Source: Candidatus Tantalella remota (GTDB taxonomy: Bacteria > Omnitrophota > Gorgyraeia > Tantalellales > Tantalellaceae). Taken from it: a stretch of 64,000 nucleotides of DNA. Location of the stretch: NCBI GenBank assembly GCA_030765685.1, contig JAVCCB010000013.1:4761-68760 (forward strand). The letters are read 5' to 3'. This document shows positions 8,301 through 15,642 of the stretch, one piece after another. Every line of letters begins with the position of its first letter. Position 1 is the stretch's first letter. Under the pieces are notes generated by a model. That model had not been told where the DNA came from, did no database searches, and saw nothing but the letters and a program-made list of their open reading frames with translations. The position numbers and the translations under genes are program-made.

Positions 8301-10142
8301 TTAAGGAAAGTTGTGAGGGTGCGCGAACCTTCGGTGCGAGATACAATAACCAGCGAGGAACAGATTATAGAGATCATAAATGAGGCTGTTGTTGCGCACG
8401 GGTCAGAAATTGTGCGGGCAGGAAGCATTGAGTCAATAGTTTCTTATCGGGTGCATGATCACAAGTATATGGAGAATCCTCTGACAATAAAGATGCTCAG
8501 GAGAGCGTTTTTGGCGGTGTCGACGCTTAAGGATGACGACGGGAACCATAAGTTTTTTGGTGGCAGTTGGGTGGAGGCAAGAAAGCGAGCCGGGGTAACA
8601 GACTTGATCTCAATGCCCCCCGGATATAGGGGAGTATGGGGCTGGTCTGAAGAGAGAGTGCTTGATGCTATCAAGGCGGCGTGTACAAAACATGGAGAGA
8701 AAGCAGCCGCGGGGGGCAATGTTCAGAAAATTAAAATAGGATGGAAAAGGCGGGCGACCGGGGTGGATCCGCTATTGAAGGAGCTGAAACAGGCGTACCA
8801 GGCGGTTTTTAATTCACGTACCAAGGAGCCTGGATACAGACTGTTTGATGGTGAATGGTCGATAGCAGTACGGGCAGCTGGTTTTTCGTATACGACTAAG
8901 AAAGATCTTGAGGTTTGGTCGGAGGCCAGTATCATTGAAGTTATTAAAAAAGCTGTAGATATGCACGGGGAGTCGATTTTGTTGGGGGTTCAGGGGATTC
9001 ATAAAAAATATAGTAAGGATTCAATTCCCGCTGAGCTTTCTCTTTTATATCGGGCCTGGGGGGCAAGTACGTATAAGAATTTGGGTGGCAGAGGAACACC
9101 GTCTTATTTTGATGGTACCTGGGCGGGTGCGGTCACCGCTGCGGGATATGACTATTATCGCATTAATTGTCCGAAAGGAAGTGGGGAATATATTTTGAGG
9201 AACATCAGAGATAACGAAGAGCTTTTACAAAAAGCATTGATGCCAAAGGGTATAAGAGTTTCTGCGGCCCCATCTTTTGAGAGGGGAATAAGAATGCTGG
9301 TCTCTGCCGGGATTTTTATCCCGGCCTCGGTACGTGGTAATTACAGGTTGTCCCCGATGATGCGAGGGGAGGATATAAATTATACAAAGACTATGATAAA
9401 TGCCCTGATAGATATGGGGTATAATATCAAGCTCGAGTACGAGGCTCCATATGTAGATTCCAGGTTGCAATGGCGACGGGCATTGAGACAAAAGACTCTT
9501 AACAAAGCACAGCTTAAAACTATAAAACAGCTTGCTAAGACCGTAGTGCTCGAACAAATAGGATATATGCAAAAAGCTGCTATACCGGAGGGTAAGGTGT
9601 TGTGGCATCTGATAGACAAAAGTATATTGTCGGAAGGGCAGGATTATTCTTTTGCCCAAAAAATAAACAATGCTTCCAGGAGTTCCGGTTCTCCGGAACG
9701 GATCTTTATAGTCGATGGGCGTTGGCCGATCAATGAGGTTATAGCGTCCATAAAAGAAGACTGCCCCAACGCGGTTTTTGACATAGCGCTTGGCGATCGG
9801 GAGAAAATATCTGAAGTGCCCGAATTGCAAGGAGTAGAGCAGATCAGGATGCTTGTCTTTGAGACTTCCGACGGTTCCGACTATACCCATTTGGAAGCTG
9901 TTGTGCAGGCCCTTAGAGCTCTTCACCTTTCAAAGAACAGGGTAATACCTCATCTTCTCGAGATATTGTCTGTCTTGAAGGGGAGCGCGTACAAGGGGGA
10001 AGTGCCGGATATGTCGGTTCTTGATGATCCCCGTGAATTTGCGAGACAGTTCATATTTATTTTGCCGCCGGTCAAGGGCTTGCCGATCGATGATATTCCG
10101 AAACTCAACGACCATCTTCTCAAAGTGCTCATAGCCGCGTAA
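2310..10142 (+). CDS. Giant membrane-anchored multidomain protein (~2610 aa). It has an N-terminal signal-like segment, a Lys-rich stretch followed by a TM helix, two HD-type phosphohydrolase domains, duplicated winged-helix-like modules and triplicated GxW..AAG modules.
   Basis: The ORF is continuous from 2259 to 10142. AAGGAG lies 5 nt before the ATG at 2310 (MFDLWDK...).
- Anchor: hydrophobic TVTLVVCLFLLNTSGVAQ; lysine-rich run then VSAVIWLGMVVFAVVIVFKIV.
- HD signatures: ...HKYALLIAKELGL..AAVHDIGG...LDILIFCDIWEN and ...HIERVSKIALRMG..AVYGHDAGP..HHKD..LEILITADMFEN.
- Possible metalloprotease motif: HExxH (ILGHEDIHPY).
- Duplicated ~130-aa winged-helix-like modules: ...SFSKTTVNKEIEVLKALGILV...EIEHQVGEKGEKRPLYRYNIPK and ...GFSRGVVQEEFRILKKLGVLV...EIEYQVGRTGDKRPLYRATIPK. 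Confidence 0.85.
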   Translation: MFDLWDKHRNLVKVTVTLVVCLFLLNTSGVAQEEVQYLINSKNSIVDTDDLSPELRLTQDAFRERYLASATTLAHRATNDYIHKQIPKDGLASLKTRGDFVWVNDKDKQTITIVSIPDLLRNTGQFAHVGLGRKNGMPVIYVDDDYFYNEAVVEHDKDEISKWETKRRELGKDYEGMREWIRGSDEAKKLAEEYHASSRDLGELYGDVRENYRDLLDWDNIYAAYLAFGLDEDDKDVNIAAKKGKTKRARSERRQKEREERKLAEKKARTKASDQKKKIKKSPEARKVSFYRKVSAVIWLGMVVFAVVIVFKIVDVKKKEAMVTQWRENARVTQSMEALHHLNEDEEAFVQKIVEVSKDSDPRDLKASAEVFQKLLQFAVGKNIRDPELLYRKASGRRVLREMLQGPGPLKEVGGHRTFPYGDLVYVSMGEWAVTDHLDKGFKLATSALATCKGVVLYDPDTKTGALCHNDLDWILSDTIDAMFTKMGTPSNVKVWVTDNVTLEDRKAIAAVLGSDSYDFAPLPKAFLFNTRTGKVECFENSKDMLNGGQRVLSDLKKRIDLHKTRTALMIEKCFMRYDRGNPQKQVREGVDGYADGRIAGIPAEDFKEIRAVGDKRIRRFRKQFMDNFIFDPVDDNQGIVFLRAPEGFRYRWSYHPGYARTIILRDDATEGDIANAMQGILADSFWLIGIPIEEYTGFIGQSKMDRGEYASRGGRTAFGDGEFSEERKVFILGQEHLDPYMVHLFGKLIWEDKDGLESGPDSWKNREWRGSLDMILGHEDIHPYLEVYRNDVKSIERLVRDKGNRVTALGSENSGKYVAWLEKRAKKDELKELEGILRKRGVKDFRSRAHEIMLLTEGPVAYMQLTRNPALKGIKIIGLDDENLKKQTMRVVGNMMRALELLSTLTRAKSDFAAFHKKIEEVTAEKYGVISKKEKMELLAWFKNPAERKLVQEILDSLQEMVRLGEERSVIFAKKIAAEKGDVVTWMGKAHIGGTRRTLTANKNQKFKVISSHGAFIHAGPRGKRKTIERDGKSQKSAPKGSPARLLMTLRDNPELLVVACSDTGFTAKDITPHRQKIDGTSFSKTTVNKEIEVLKALGILVPAADRYHYRLSNGIRGPDSGFVKRLINAVIEIEHQVGEKGEKRPLYRYNIPKEKRPAVKKLVNKIIDDELLLELLIQEEGDLPSWIVNSLSMVYRSIDDEKQKAQLLNIIKEGFDYDLLMSQLEDLRAPPGDERYTEEFARAYRARELFSMAYDYSHGPAIFTKQVFLDAIVKLLNKRPSAIRLSDLSYDDLLALAPDREDNYEKLHITRTHKYALLIAKELGLRKELVEMIGRTAAVHDIGGLVGPIQVGDIEATIRRSTEVIKEYGLPTKSSPEKSLAALDALIKERPELAKYRLGDDKKFYLSMAYMIAGAYAADGAPITWDDLEKIAIEFSHERLGTDRLRQNGIILTPAEEFIINNHFFYPSDMMGIEEKAVAEGMTAEELKLLLDILIFCDIWENGNHATRLKLRRNIAYQPFVRTFELFGQFYGNTSEIGPEPEQAMMRLVAKKDPAVVALLKEQRPDDSTDAIKAGEYDEVAELLRVSERRNILNVPSEEILDISDGYVRDHIERVSKIALRMGREVGISDQEMNILRAAVYGHDAGPRHTPEDYAILEGYGVDFKKSKIMKREEFIKYAEAKKGSALTEAQFFVLDDIYRHGENFVEYLSRRYVVPQEVDLLIRHHKDSVEYVEKFGSMKNEISVPAERLRLLLEILITADMFENANSKLKMQMSGQGDVNSFMQSFEDPDVFSMLYQGKGITDMTARDILISLIVAEDEELLKVVFEGRGKKGLMPDDRVFIEGQRRRKSGRGKGSPADLLETIMDDPRLFDKVIGETGITVDGMTGVRGFSRGVVQEEFRILKKLGVLVTGHKSPFMRFNHTLRAMPLADLKYTINAIKEIEYQVGRTGDKRPLYRATIPKRDMVAVLEIVTREMGFRPERAEREGDKDTLERLRKVVRVREPSVRDTITSEEQIIEIINEAVVAHGSEIVRAGSIESIVSYRVHDHKYMENPLTIKMLRRAFLAVSTLKDDDGNHKFFGGSWVEARKRAGVTDLISMPPGYRGVWGWSEERVLDAIKAACTKHGEKAAAGGNVQKIKIGWKRRATGVDPLLKELKQAYQAVFNSRTKEPGYRLFDGEWSIAVRAAGFSYTTKKDLEVWSEASIIEVIKKAVDMHGESILLGVQGIHKKYSKDSIPAELSLLYRAWGASTYKNLGGRGTPSYFDGTWAGAVTAAGYDYYRINCPKGSGEYILRNIRDNEELLQKALMPKGIRVSAAPSFERGIRMLVSAGIFIPASVRGNYRLSPMMRGEDINYTKTMINALIDMGYNIKLEYEAPYVDSRLQWRRALRQKTLNKAQLKTIKQLAKTVVLEQIGYMQKAAIPEGKVLWHLIDKSILSEGQDYSFAQKINNASRSSGSPERIFIVDGRWPINEVIASIKEDCPNAVFDIALGDREKISEVPELQGVEQIRMLVFETSDGSDYTHLEAVVQALRALHLSKNRVIPHLLEILSVLKGSAYKGEVPDMSVLDDPREFARQFIFILPPVKGLPIDDIPKLNDHLLKVLIAA

Positions 10143-10152
10143 AGGATAGCCT

Positions 10153-10243
10153 ATGTAGGACGCGAATTTTGAGAATTGTGAAGAGAGAATAGGAATTGCT
10201 ACACCATTCTCAATTCTCCATTCCCGGACACTCTGTTTTACGC
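10153..10243. repeat. Conserved ~95 bp downstream element 'R', copy 1, immediately 3' of giant ORF 1. It is an imperfect hairpin.
   Basis: tgtaggacgcgaattttgagaattgtgaagagagaataggaattgctacaccattctcaattctccattcccggacactctgtttta matches 15212..15307 over nearly its full length. Inverted arms are GAGAATTG/CAATTCTC. Confidence 0.6.
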
Positions 10244-10247
10244 CAAC

Positions 10248-10445
10248 TACCCCCTCATGTATAACCTAAATTGTAAACTGTAAACTGTGAACGGTGCGAG
10301 ATCTAGTAGCTTTTGGAGCTGTGTTCAACATATGAGTGTTCTGTTTACTGTTTACGGTTCACTGCTCCATTTTTTCACTTTTTTACATAAAAATAGGGGG
10401 TACCCCCGTAAATATAACCAGGTTAGTTTCGACCAGGTTAAAAGC
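10248..10445. repeat. Upstream element 'L', copy 2, directly 5' of giant ORF 2
   Basis: Roughly 90% identical by eye to 2008..2185, over ~180 bp. It includes the GGGGGTACCCCC palindrome and two TAACCAGGTTA-type motifs (ataaccaggttag, gaccaggttaaaag). Confidence 0.6.
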
Positions 10446-10567
10446 TATTCTAAGTCATTATTACAGAAAGACTTATATGAGGTTAAAAATGCAATAGTTA
10501 TAACTATTTATTGACCTAACTACCTTTTTGATGGTATAATGGCGCCATATTAATTTTATTAACGCAC

Positions 10568-13500
10568 ATGTATATAAGTAGCGTATATGGAGGTACGTCG
10601 GGAAAGATGGCATCAAACAAGGTATCACAGCACATTATTACAAATGTAATAACAAATATTATTATTATTACCTTCACCCTTACAAGCATTCCTTGTCTTG
10701 AAGAGGCACACGCTCTTTCGCCGTGGGCCGGTTCACAAAGAGTGGCTGTACGCCGTGCCATGCTCGATCGCGCCATAGATAATGCCAAGGTAAGCTATGC
10801 TGAAGAAGGCGATCCTCTATTGAAGGATACGAACGGTCTTCTTCTTTCGCATGGCAAAATACTTCTTTCACCTGAACTCAAAAACGACTCCCTAAAAAAA
10901 CTTAGAGTTATTTTTCATGAAGAGATCGAAGCAGTGATGCAGATCCTTGCCAGGCAGGATCGCGCCAGATACAGTCATCTTATAAATATGATCCTTTCGG
11001 ACAACGCTATAGTGACTGCCTACAGGAATGCTTTTCCTTCAAAAAACACAGATATTGTTTCCGATGAAATGCTTTGCAACGATATCATCGCCAGCGCTTT
11101 CGAGCTTCTGCTTCTTTTTGAGGAGAGCGCTGTTTCATCCAAAGAAATAACAAAAGAGGAAAGAGCGTTTATCGAAATTATTCGTCCGGCGATCGACGCC
11201 AACAAGCACAGTTACTTTACCGGGATGTTCTGGGACCAGTACGCTCGCGAGCTCCACATACGTGCGGCCATAGCTAATGGCCAGAAGTTCACCCAGGCCC
11301 GGCAGGGCACTGGTGAAGTGGGTCTGGTTGTCGGCCAGGACGATGAGAGCGTGGTGCAGGCCGATGTCGCCGCCTCTTTGGCCGAGGAGGAAGCTTTAAT
11401 TGAAAAGCTGAGGGAGGATCCACTGAGCTCTATCTTCGGACGTGATGCATATTTAGAGAACATGCTATTGGAGTTCCTGAGCCAAAATGGCGGAAGAGCC
11501 GCTTTTGATGAAGTAAGGGCGGCAATGGTAGAGTATCCGGAGAGGATAGTAAGGGTTGTTTTGCACGACCTTGTTAAAAACGGTCGTGTAGAGATAGAGG
11601 CGCGTCCTGGCAGGCCGGGGATATTAAATCTTCTTGCGGGAGGGGGAGGGGGAGATGTAAAAGTATCGCAGGAAAGGGAAAACAAACATCGTGATGAGAT
11701 CAAGAAGAGGTTCGAGGATTATGAAGGAGAAATATACTATCCCACGCCATGCGCTGATTTTGGGTCTTTTGTGATACTCGTCGCTATGTTTCCGAAAGTC
11801 AGCAGATTCGTTTACAGGGACGGATTCTATATGGATGAAGTGTCTTACGATATACCCTCCCCGAAGGACATAAACCAGGTCTCTGCGTTTCTCGGAGAGA
11901 AGCTGGCCAGGCTTGAAAAGGGTCAGGTAGCCACGCACGAGATACTGGTGGTAGACGACAGAACACTTGATATCAAAGTGTCATTTAAAAAAGCTTTGCC
12001 TTACGCGGGTAGAACTGTCCACATCAGGTATGAAGTCGGAGATATTTTTGAGAATGACAACACGTACGGCATGGTATATGTTCGGCAGCCGGGACTTGCC
12101 GGTCAAATAAGCGCGAAACCGGCTTTCTGGGAAAAGATGAAAGCTAACACTTCTAAAAATGGTCTGATCCTTGTCAGCAGTGAGTTGACTCATTTTCCAT
12201 GGTCAAGAGGCCTGGAAAGTCTCCTTGATATAAAATACGCTCCAGGAGACTGGATCACCGTTTACCGGGATCCGGCGGAGCCTTCCACGGACGAACGGGA
12301 CTCCAGGGAAGGCACCTCTTCCCGTCAAGGGGCGGGAGAAGAAGATCCGGGAATTGCGCCACAAAAGGATATGCCGTACAAAAAATGGTATGTTACCGCC
12401 CGGCATCTCTATGATGAGACAGGCAAAAAGGTGGCTGTTGAACTTGCACGACGGTCTCTCGCTGATGTGTTTGCCGTGTATTTCTACATGGAATTGGATT
12501 ATTACGAGGGAACCGGACGGCGTATAGTTGCTCATATTCCCGCGGCACCTTTTTATTTTTTCAGTATAGCATCGAAGAGCAAGTTCAAGCACGTCAATGT
12601 GGTCATAGGTAATGTTTTGTCGAACGCCCTTAAGTATGGAGGAACCGAAGATGTTACAGTCAGGCTCCAGCCGCGAGGAGCGGATCTTCATATAGAGATC
12701 GAAGACCACGGCAGGGGGATACCAGCAGAAGAGATAGGGCATCTGACAGAGCTGGAATATAGAGGGAGCAATGTCGGGGATAAATATGGATGTGGCGACG
12801 GGCTCGCGCTCACAAAAGAGTACTTAGAAAAGTTAAATGCCACAATGGATATCAGGTCTGAAGTCGGGAAAGGGACCATTGTATCCATAGATATTCCGGA
12901 TGCGTTGGAGCGCAGCCTATTGCCGGATGCGGAGACTGTACAGCATCTTATCGCAAGGCAGGCCTCCGCCGCCGGCACTAAAGCTCGACAGGGAAATGGC
13001 GAGAACGATATTTCTTCTGAGGATAAAGGGGCAACGACCGACGGTGTTTCAAATATGGAATTATATTTGTCCGAGGTGCTTTCGGTGCAGAATGGAACGT
13101 TTATGCTGCTTGTGGAACGTTTTTCGAGAGGCGCCAAAATATCGATGAAAGAAGCGAGCTGGTTAGCCGCGTTGCTTGTATGTGATGTGGAAAAACTCAC
13201 ACCGCTAGATCAAATGAAGGTTGGCGAAAGGCTGGAATATCTTGAGTTCACCATTAAAATATTAGAGGATCACTTAAAAGGTAAGCCTACTTCACGAAAC
13301 ATCAGCCTTCAGATGATCAAACGCGCGAAACTCGCGTTTGAAAACAAAGGTGCCTTCGCGCGCCAGGGAGAAGGAGAGGAAGATCCGTCGTTTGCCGCTG
13401 ATCTTTACGAGAGAACCGATGCCCAGCTCGTTTTCCCGGCCGGGTTCCGGGCCGACGATGCCAGGAGAAAAGAGCAGCTCCATGCGACTATCACAGAGCT

Positions 13501-15202
13501 TTATGAACTGCTGAAATATGAAAAAGAAACCGTATCTTTTCCGGGAGAACCTCTCATGCGGATAGATCTGGGATCGGATAGCGTAACTCTTTCGGATGGC
13601 GTAGTGTTGAGGGACATAGATATTTACGACAATCGCTTTTGTCCCGTATTTTTAGTGCCGGGCGAAGGACGGTATGTAAAAGTGGACTTCAATCAGAATC
13701 CGCGTTTTTACGGATTGTACAAGACTCTATTTTATCTTCTGAAGGGGAATGAGCTGGATCTTATTTTTCCTTTTGATTCTGATCCATCTCCAAAGGGCGA
13801 CGGGGCGTGGGATTCGTGGCATACTGATATGGATTGGCAATTTGTTGGCCGGACAAATCCCTATCCAAATGAGATAGACCCGCTTGTGGTCGAAGCGGTA
13901 ACCAAGGCCATTTTCGCCCTCGGCCTGGACGGAGATCCGGAGGGGATAACAGTGCTGGATATATTCGGTGGTTCCGGACGAATGATAGAAAAGTTGGATG
14001 GGAATATTTCAAAGAGGTTTGATGGTCTGGGGGCAGAAAAACCGGATATGAAATATTTCGTAATAGATCGTAATAAAAGCAACATTGATCACGCCCATGC
14101 GCGTTTAAGTGGACTTGATGTAACTATACTTAAGCGTGACATGACAGTTGTTGATAATATAGCCGAGGAGATAGGAAACGTGGCCCATATCGTGGTATGT
14201 GAGGGCGGCCTGACGTATCAGGTTGTAAACCGGGACGAGGCCGAACAGATCGCCGGGAGGGTCTACGACGTTCTTGTTCCCGGTGGAGTTTTTGTGGTAA
14301 CCGGATATAACCCAAGTCTTTTATCCGCCCCTGATTTTGAAAAAATAGGATTCCGTGTTTTGAATAAAAGTATTCCCAAAAATACTTTGAATTATGACAA
14401 AACTGCCCAATTCTATGTTTTGATGAAGCCTTTATCTCAGGTGACGGACAAGAAAAATGCGGATGATGTTGATGAAATAAGAAGTGAGCCTATGCGGATA
14501 AACTCCGTAGAAGATATTCCGTTCGAGGACGCTGTCCAGGCGCTTGCCGCCACTGTGGAAGACGAATGCGCGGGGTATTCCGCTCATTTAAGAGGTAAGT
14601 TGACAAATGATGAGCGGTCAGGACAGAGTCTCATACTTTATGCCGATGATATGCTCGAAGGCGCGGCCATACTTGACTTGAACAGGACTTTAAAAAATAC
14701 CCTCGGGAGCGGCAACATCTTCGCAGGAGGTAAGATAATCATTTTCGCGAGAGAGAAATCTAACGGTATTATACTGGAGAAGATGATCAACGACGCAGCT
14801 CCATCTGTGGAAACTCTGATGATCAGCACGGAAGAGCTTGCCCGTCGTAAGAATATTTGTGAAGGGGAAGAGGATGAGATAAAGGCGCTTGTCCAGTTCG
14901 CTAAAACAAAAGGGGCGAATGATATACTCGCCCTTATAAAGGGTCCGGTAAAAGACCTTGATACTGTTGAAAAACTTGCTCCGCTTGCGAAAAAACTGAA
15001 CGTGCCTGTAGTCATCATGGAGGGAGGAGAACGGGTGGTTTACTCTTTTGCCCAGGCCATAGCGTTGGCGATCACCATGAAGCAGGACGAAGGCGCGAAA
15101 GGGTGGCTTATAGTACTCCCGCCGGTCCGCCGTATTACCGACGACATGGAATTGCAGTACCAGCAGTATCACGCGTCACGCATGGCTCGCGTGGCAGTAT
15201 AA
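10568..15202 (+). CDS. Giant multidomain protein (~1530-1544 aa): N-terminal hydrophobic anchor, four RQGxGE(E/N)D motifs, a GHKL/HATPase_c-type ATPase domain, and a C-terminal Rossmann-fold SAM-dependent methyltransferase-like domain.
   Basis: The ORF is continuous. An alternative start at 10607 gives MASNKVSQHIITNVITNIIIITFTLTSIP.
- HATPase_c boxes: N box VIGNVLSNALKYGG; G1 IEDHGRGIP; G2 GCGDGLALTKEYLEKLNA ... GKGTIVSIDIP.
- MTase motif I: VLDIFGGSGRMIEKL (a DxFxGSG, RsmD-like Rossmann signature), followed by acidic D/E at the end of beta-2 (FVIDRN).
- Repeats: ARQGTGEVG, SRQGAGEEDPG, ARQGNGENDISSED, ARQGEGEEDPSFAAD. Confidence 0.85.
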   Translation: MYISSVYGGTSGKMASNKVSQHIITNVITNIIIITFTLTSIPCLEEAHALSPWAGSQRVAVRRAMLDRAIDNAKVSYAEEGDPLLKDTNGLLLSHGKILLSPELKNDSLKKLRVIFHEEIEAVMQILARQDRARYSHLINMILSDNAIVTAYRNAFPSKNTDIVSDEMLCNDIIASAFELLLLFEESAVSSKEITKEERAFIEIIRPAIDANKHSYFTGMFWDQYARELHIRAAIANGQKFTQARQGTGEVGLVVGQDDESVVQADVAASLAEEEALIEKLREDPLSSIFGRDAYLENMLLEFLSQNGGRAAFDEVRAAMVEYPERIVRVVLHDLVKNGRVEIEARPGRPGILNLLAGGGGGDVKVSQERENKHRDEIKKRFEDYEGEIYYPTPCADFGSFVILVAMFPKVSRFVYRDGFYMDEVSYDIPSPKDINQVSAFLGEKLARLEKGQVATHEILVVDDRTLDIKVSFKKALPYAGRTVHIRYEVGDIFENDNTYGMVYVRQPGLAGQISAKPAFWEKMKANTSKNGLILVSSELTHFPWSRGLESLLDIKYAPGDWITVYRDPAEPSTDERDSREGTSSRQGAGEEDPGIAPQKDMPYKKWYVTARHLYDETGKKVAVELARRSLADVFAVYFYMELDYYEGTGRRIVAHIPAAPFYFFSIASKSKFKHVNVVIGNVLSNALKYGGTEDVTVRLQPRGADLHIEIEDHGRGIPAEEIGHLTELEYRGSNVGDKYGCGDGLALTKEYLEKLNATMDIRSEVGKGTIVSIDIPDALERSLLPDAETVQHLIARQASAAGTKARQGNGENDISSEDKGATTDGVSNMELYLSEVLSVQNGTFMLLVERFSRGAKISMKEASWLAALLVCDVEKLTPLDQMKVGERLEYLEFTIKILEDHLKGKPTSRNISLQMIKRAKLAFENKGAFARQGEGEEDPSFAADLYERTDAQLVFPAGFRADDARRKEQLHATITELYELLKYEKETVSFPGEPLMRIDLGSDSVTLSDGVVLRDIDIYDNRFCPVFLVPGEGRYVKVDFNQNPRFYGLYKTLFYLLKGNELDLIFPFDSDPSPKGDGAWDSWHTDMDWQFVGRTNPYPNEIDPLVVEAVTKAIFALGLDGDPEGITVLDIFGGSGRMIEKLDGNISKRFDGLGAEKPDMKYFVIDRNKSNIDHAHARLSGLDVTILKRDMTVVDNIAEEIGNVAHIVVCEGGLTYQVVNRDEAEQIAGRVYDVLVPGGVFVVTGYNPSLLSAPDFEKIGFRVLNKSIPKNTLNYDKTAQFYVLMKPLSQVTDKKNADDVDEIRSEPMRINSVEDIPFEDAVQALAATVEDECAGYSAHLRGKLTNDERSGQSLILYADDMLEGAAILDLNRTLKNTLGSGNIFAGGKIIIFAREKSNGIILEKMINDAAPSVETLMISTEELARRKNICEGEEDEIKALVQFAKTKGANDILALIKGPVKDLDTVEKLAPLAKKLNVPVVIMEGGERVVYSFAQAIALAITMKQDEGAKGWLIVLPPVRRITDDMELQYQQYHASRMARVAV

Positions 15203-15211
15203 TAGCAGCTA

Positions 15212-15307
15212 ATGTAGGGCGCGAATTTTGGGAATTGTGAACTGGGAATAGGGAATTGCTTACTATTCTCAATTCTCTATTCCCAATTCCCGGACACTCT
15301 GTTTTAC
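15212..15307. repeat. Downstream element 'R', copy 2, immediately 3' of giant ORF 2
   Basis: tgtagggcgcgaattttgggaattgtgaactgggaatagggaattgcttactattctcaattctctattcccaattcccggacactctgtttta, the same element as 10153..10243. Confidence 0.6.
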
Positions 15308-15419
15308 CAGCAGCTAAAGCTTTGTCCATGATCGCCGCTCAAATTCCTTCACAAAACCGTTAATACGGTGTAAAATACGCTACAAACCTGGTAAACATTT
15401 AATTAACAAGGAAATCATA

Positions 15420-15575
15420 GTGATTATTATACAAATAGGTGCTGTCGCGTTGCTTGGTGTCCTGATAGGGCTGTGCTATTATTTTGACAGGCAGGCGATG
15501 ATCCTTCCGGCGAGCCTGACATTTATTGCCATCGTTGCCTATACTTTCGCGCTTACAGTGTTCCTGCAGCCGTAA
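15420..15575 (+). CDS. Small hydrophobic membrane protein (51 aa, GTG start). It is absent from the ORF track because it is short.
   Basis: Hand translation gives VIIIQIGAVALLGVLIGLCYYFDRQAMILPASLTFIAIVAYTFALTVFLQP* with two predicted TM segments. aaGGAaatcatag precedes the GTG. It lies between the R element and the HD-GYP gene. Confidence 0.3.
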   Translation: MIIIQIGAVALLGVLIGLCYYFDRQAMILPASLTFIAIVAYTFALTVFLQP

Positions 15576-15642
15576 ATAAGCCGCATGAAAAAGTGATTTC
15601 GACAGTTTTTTCTGATAACATTTTAACGGGAAGCGAGAAGAT

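Noticed and set aside
2790-9926. Numerous 60-230-aa antisense or alternate-frame track ORFs inside the giant genes (for example 2790..3284 −, 9225..9926 −, 12203..12742 −)
   Set aside because: They are embedded in long, continuous, motif-bearing reading frames on the + strand. They have no RBS and show atypical composition.
10153-10243. R elements as integron attC sites, with L-gene-R units as integron cassettes
   Set aside because: No integron integrase, attI or Pc is in the window. R lacks a recognisable GTTRRRY core pair. The cassette-like organisation is noted as a finding, but the integron interpretation is not supported.
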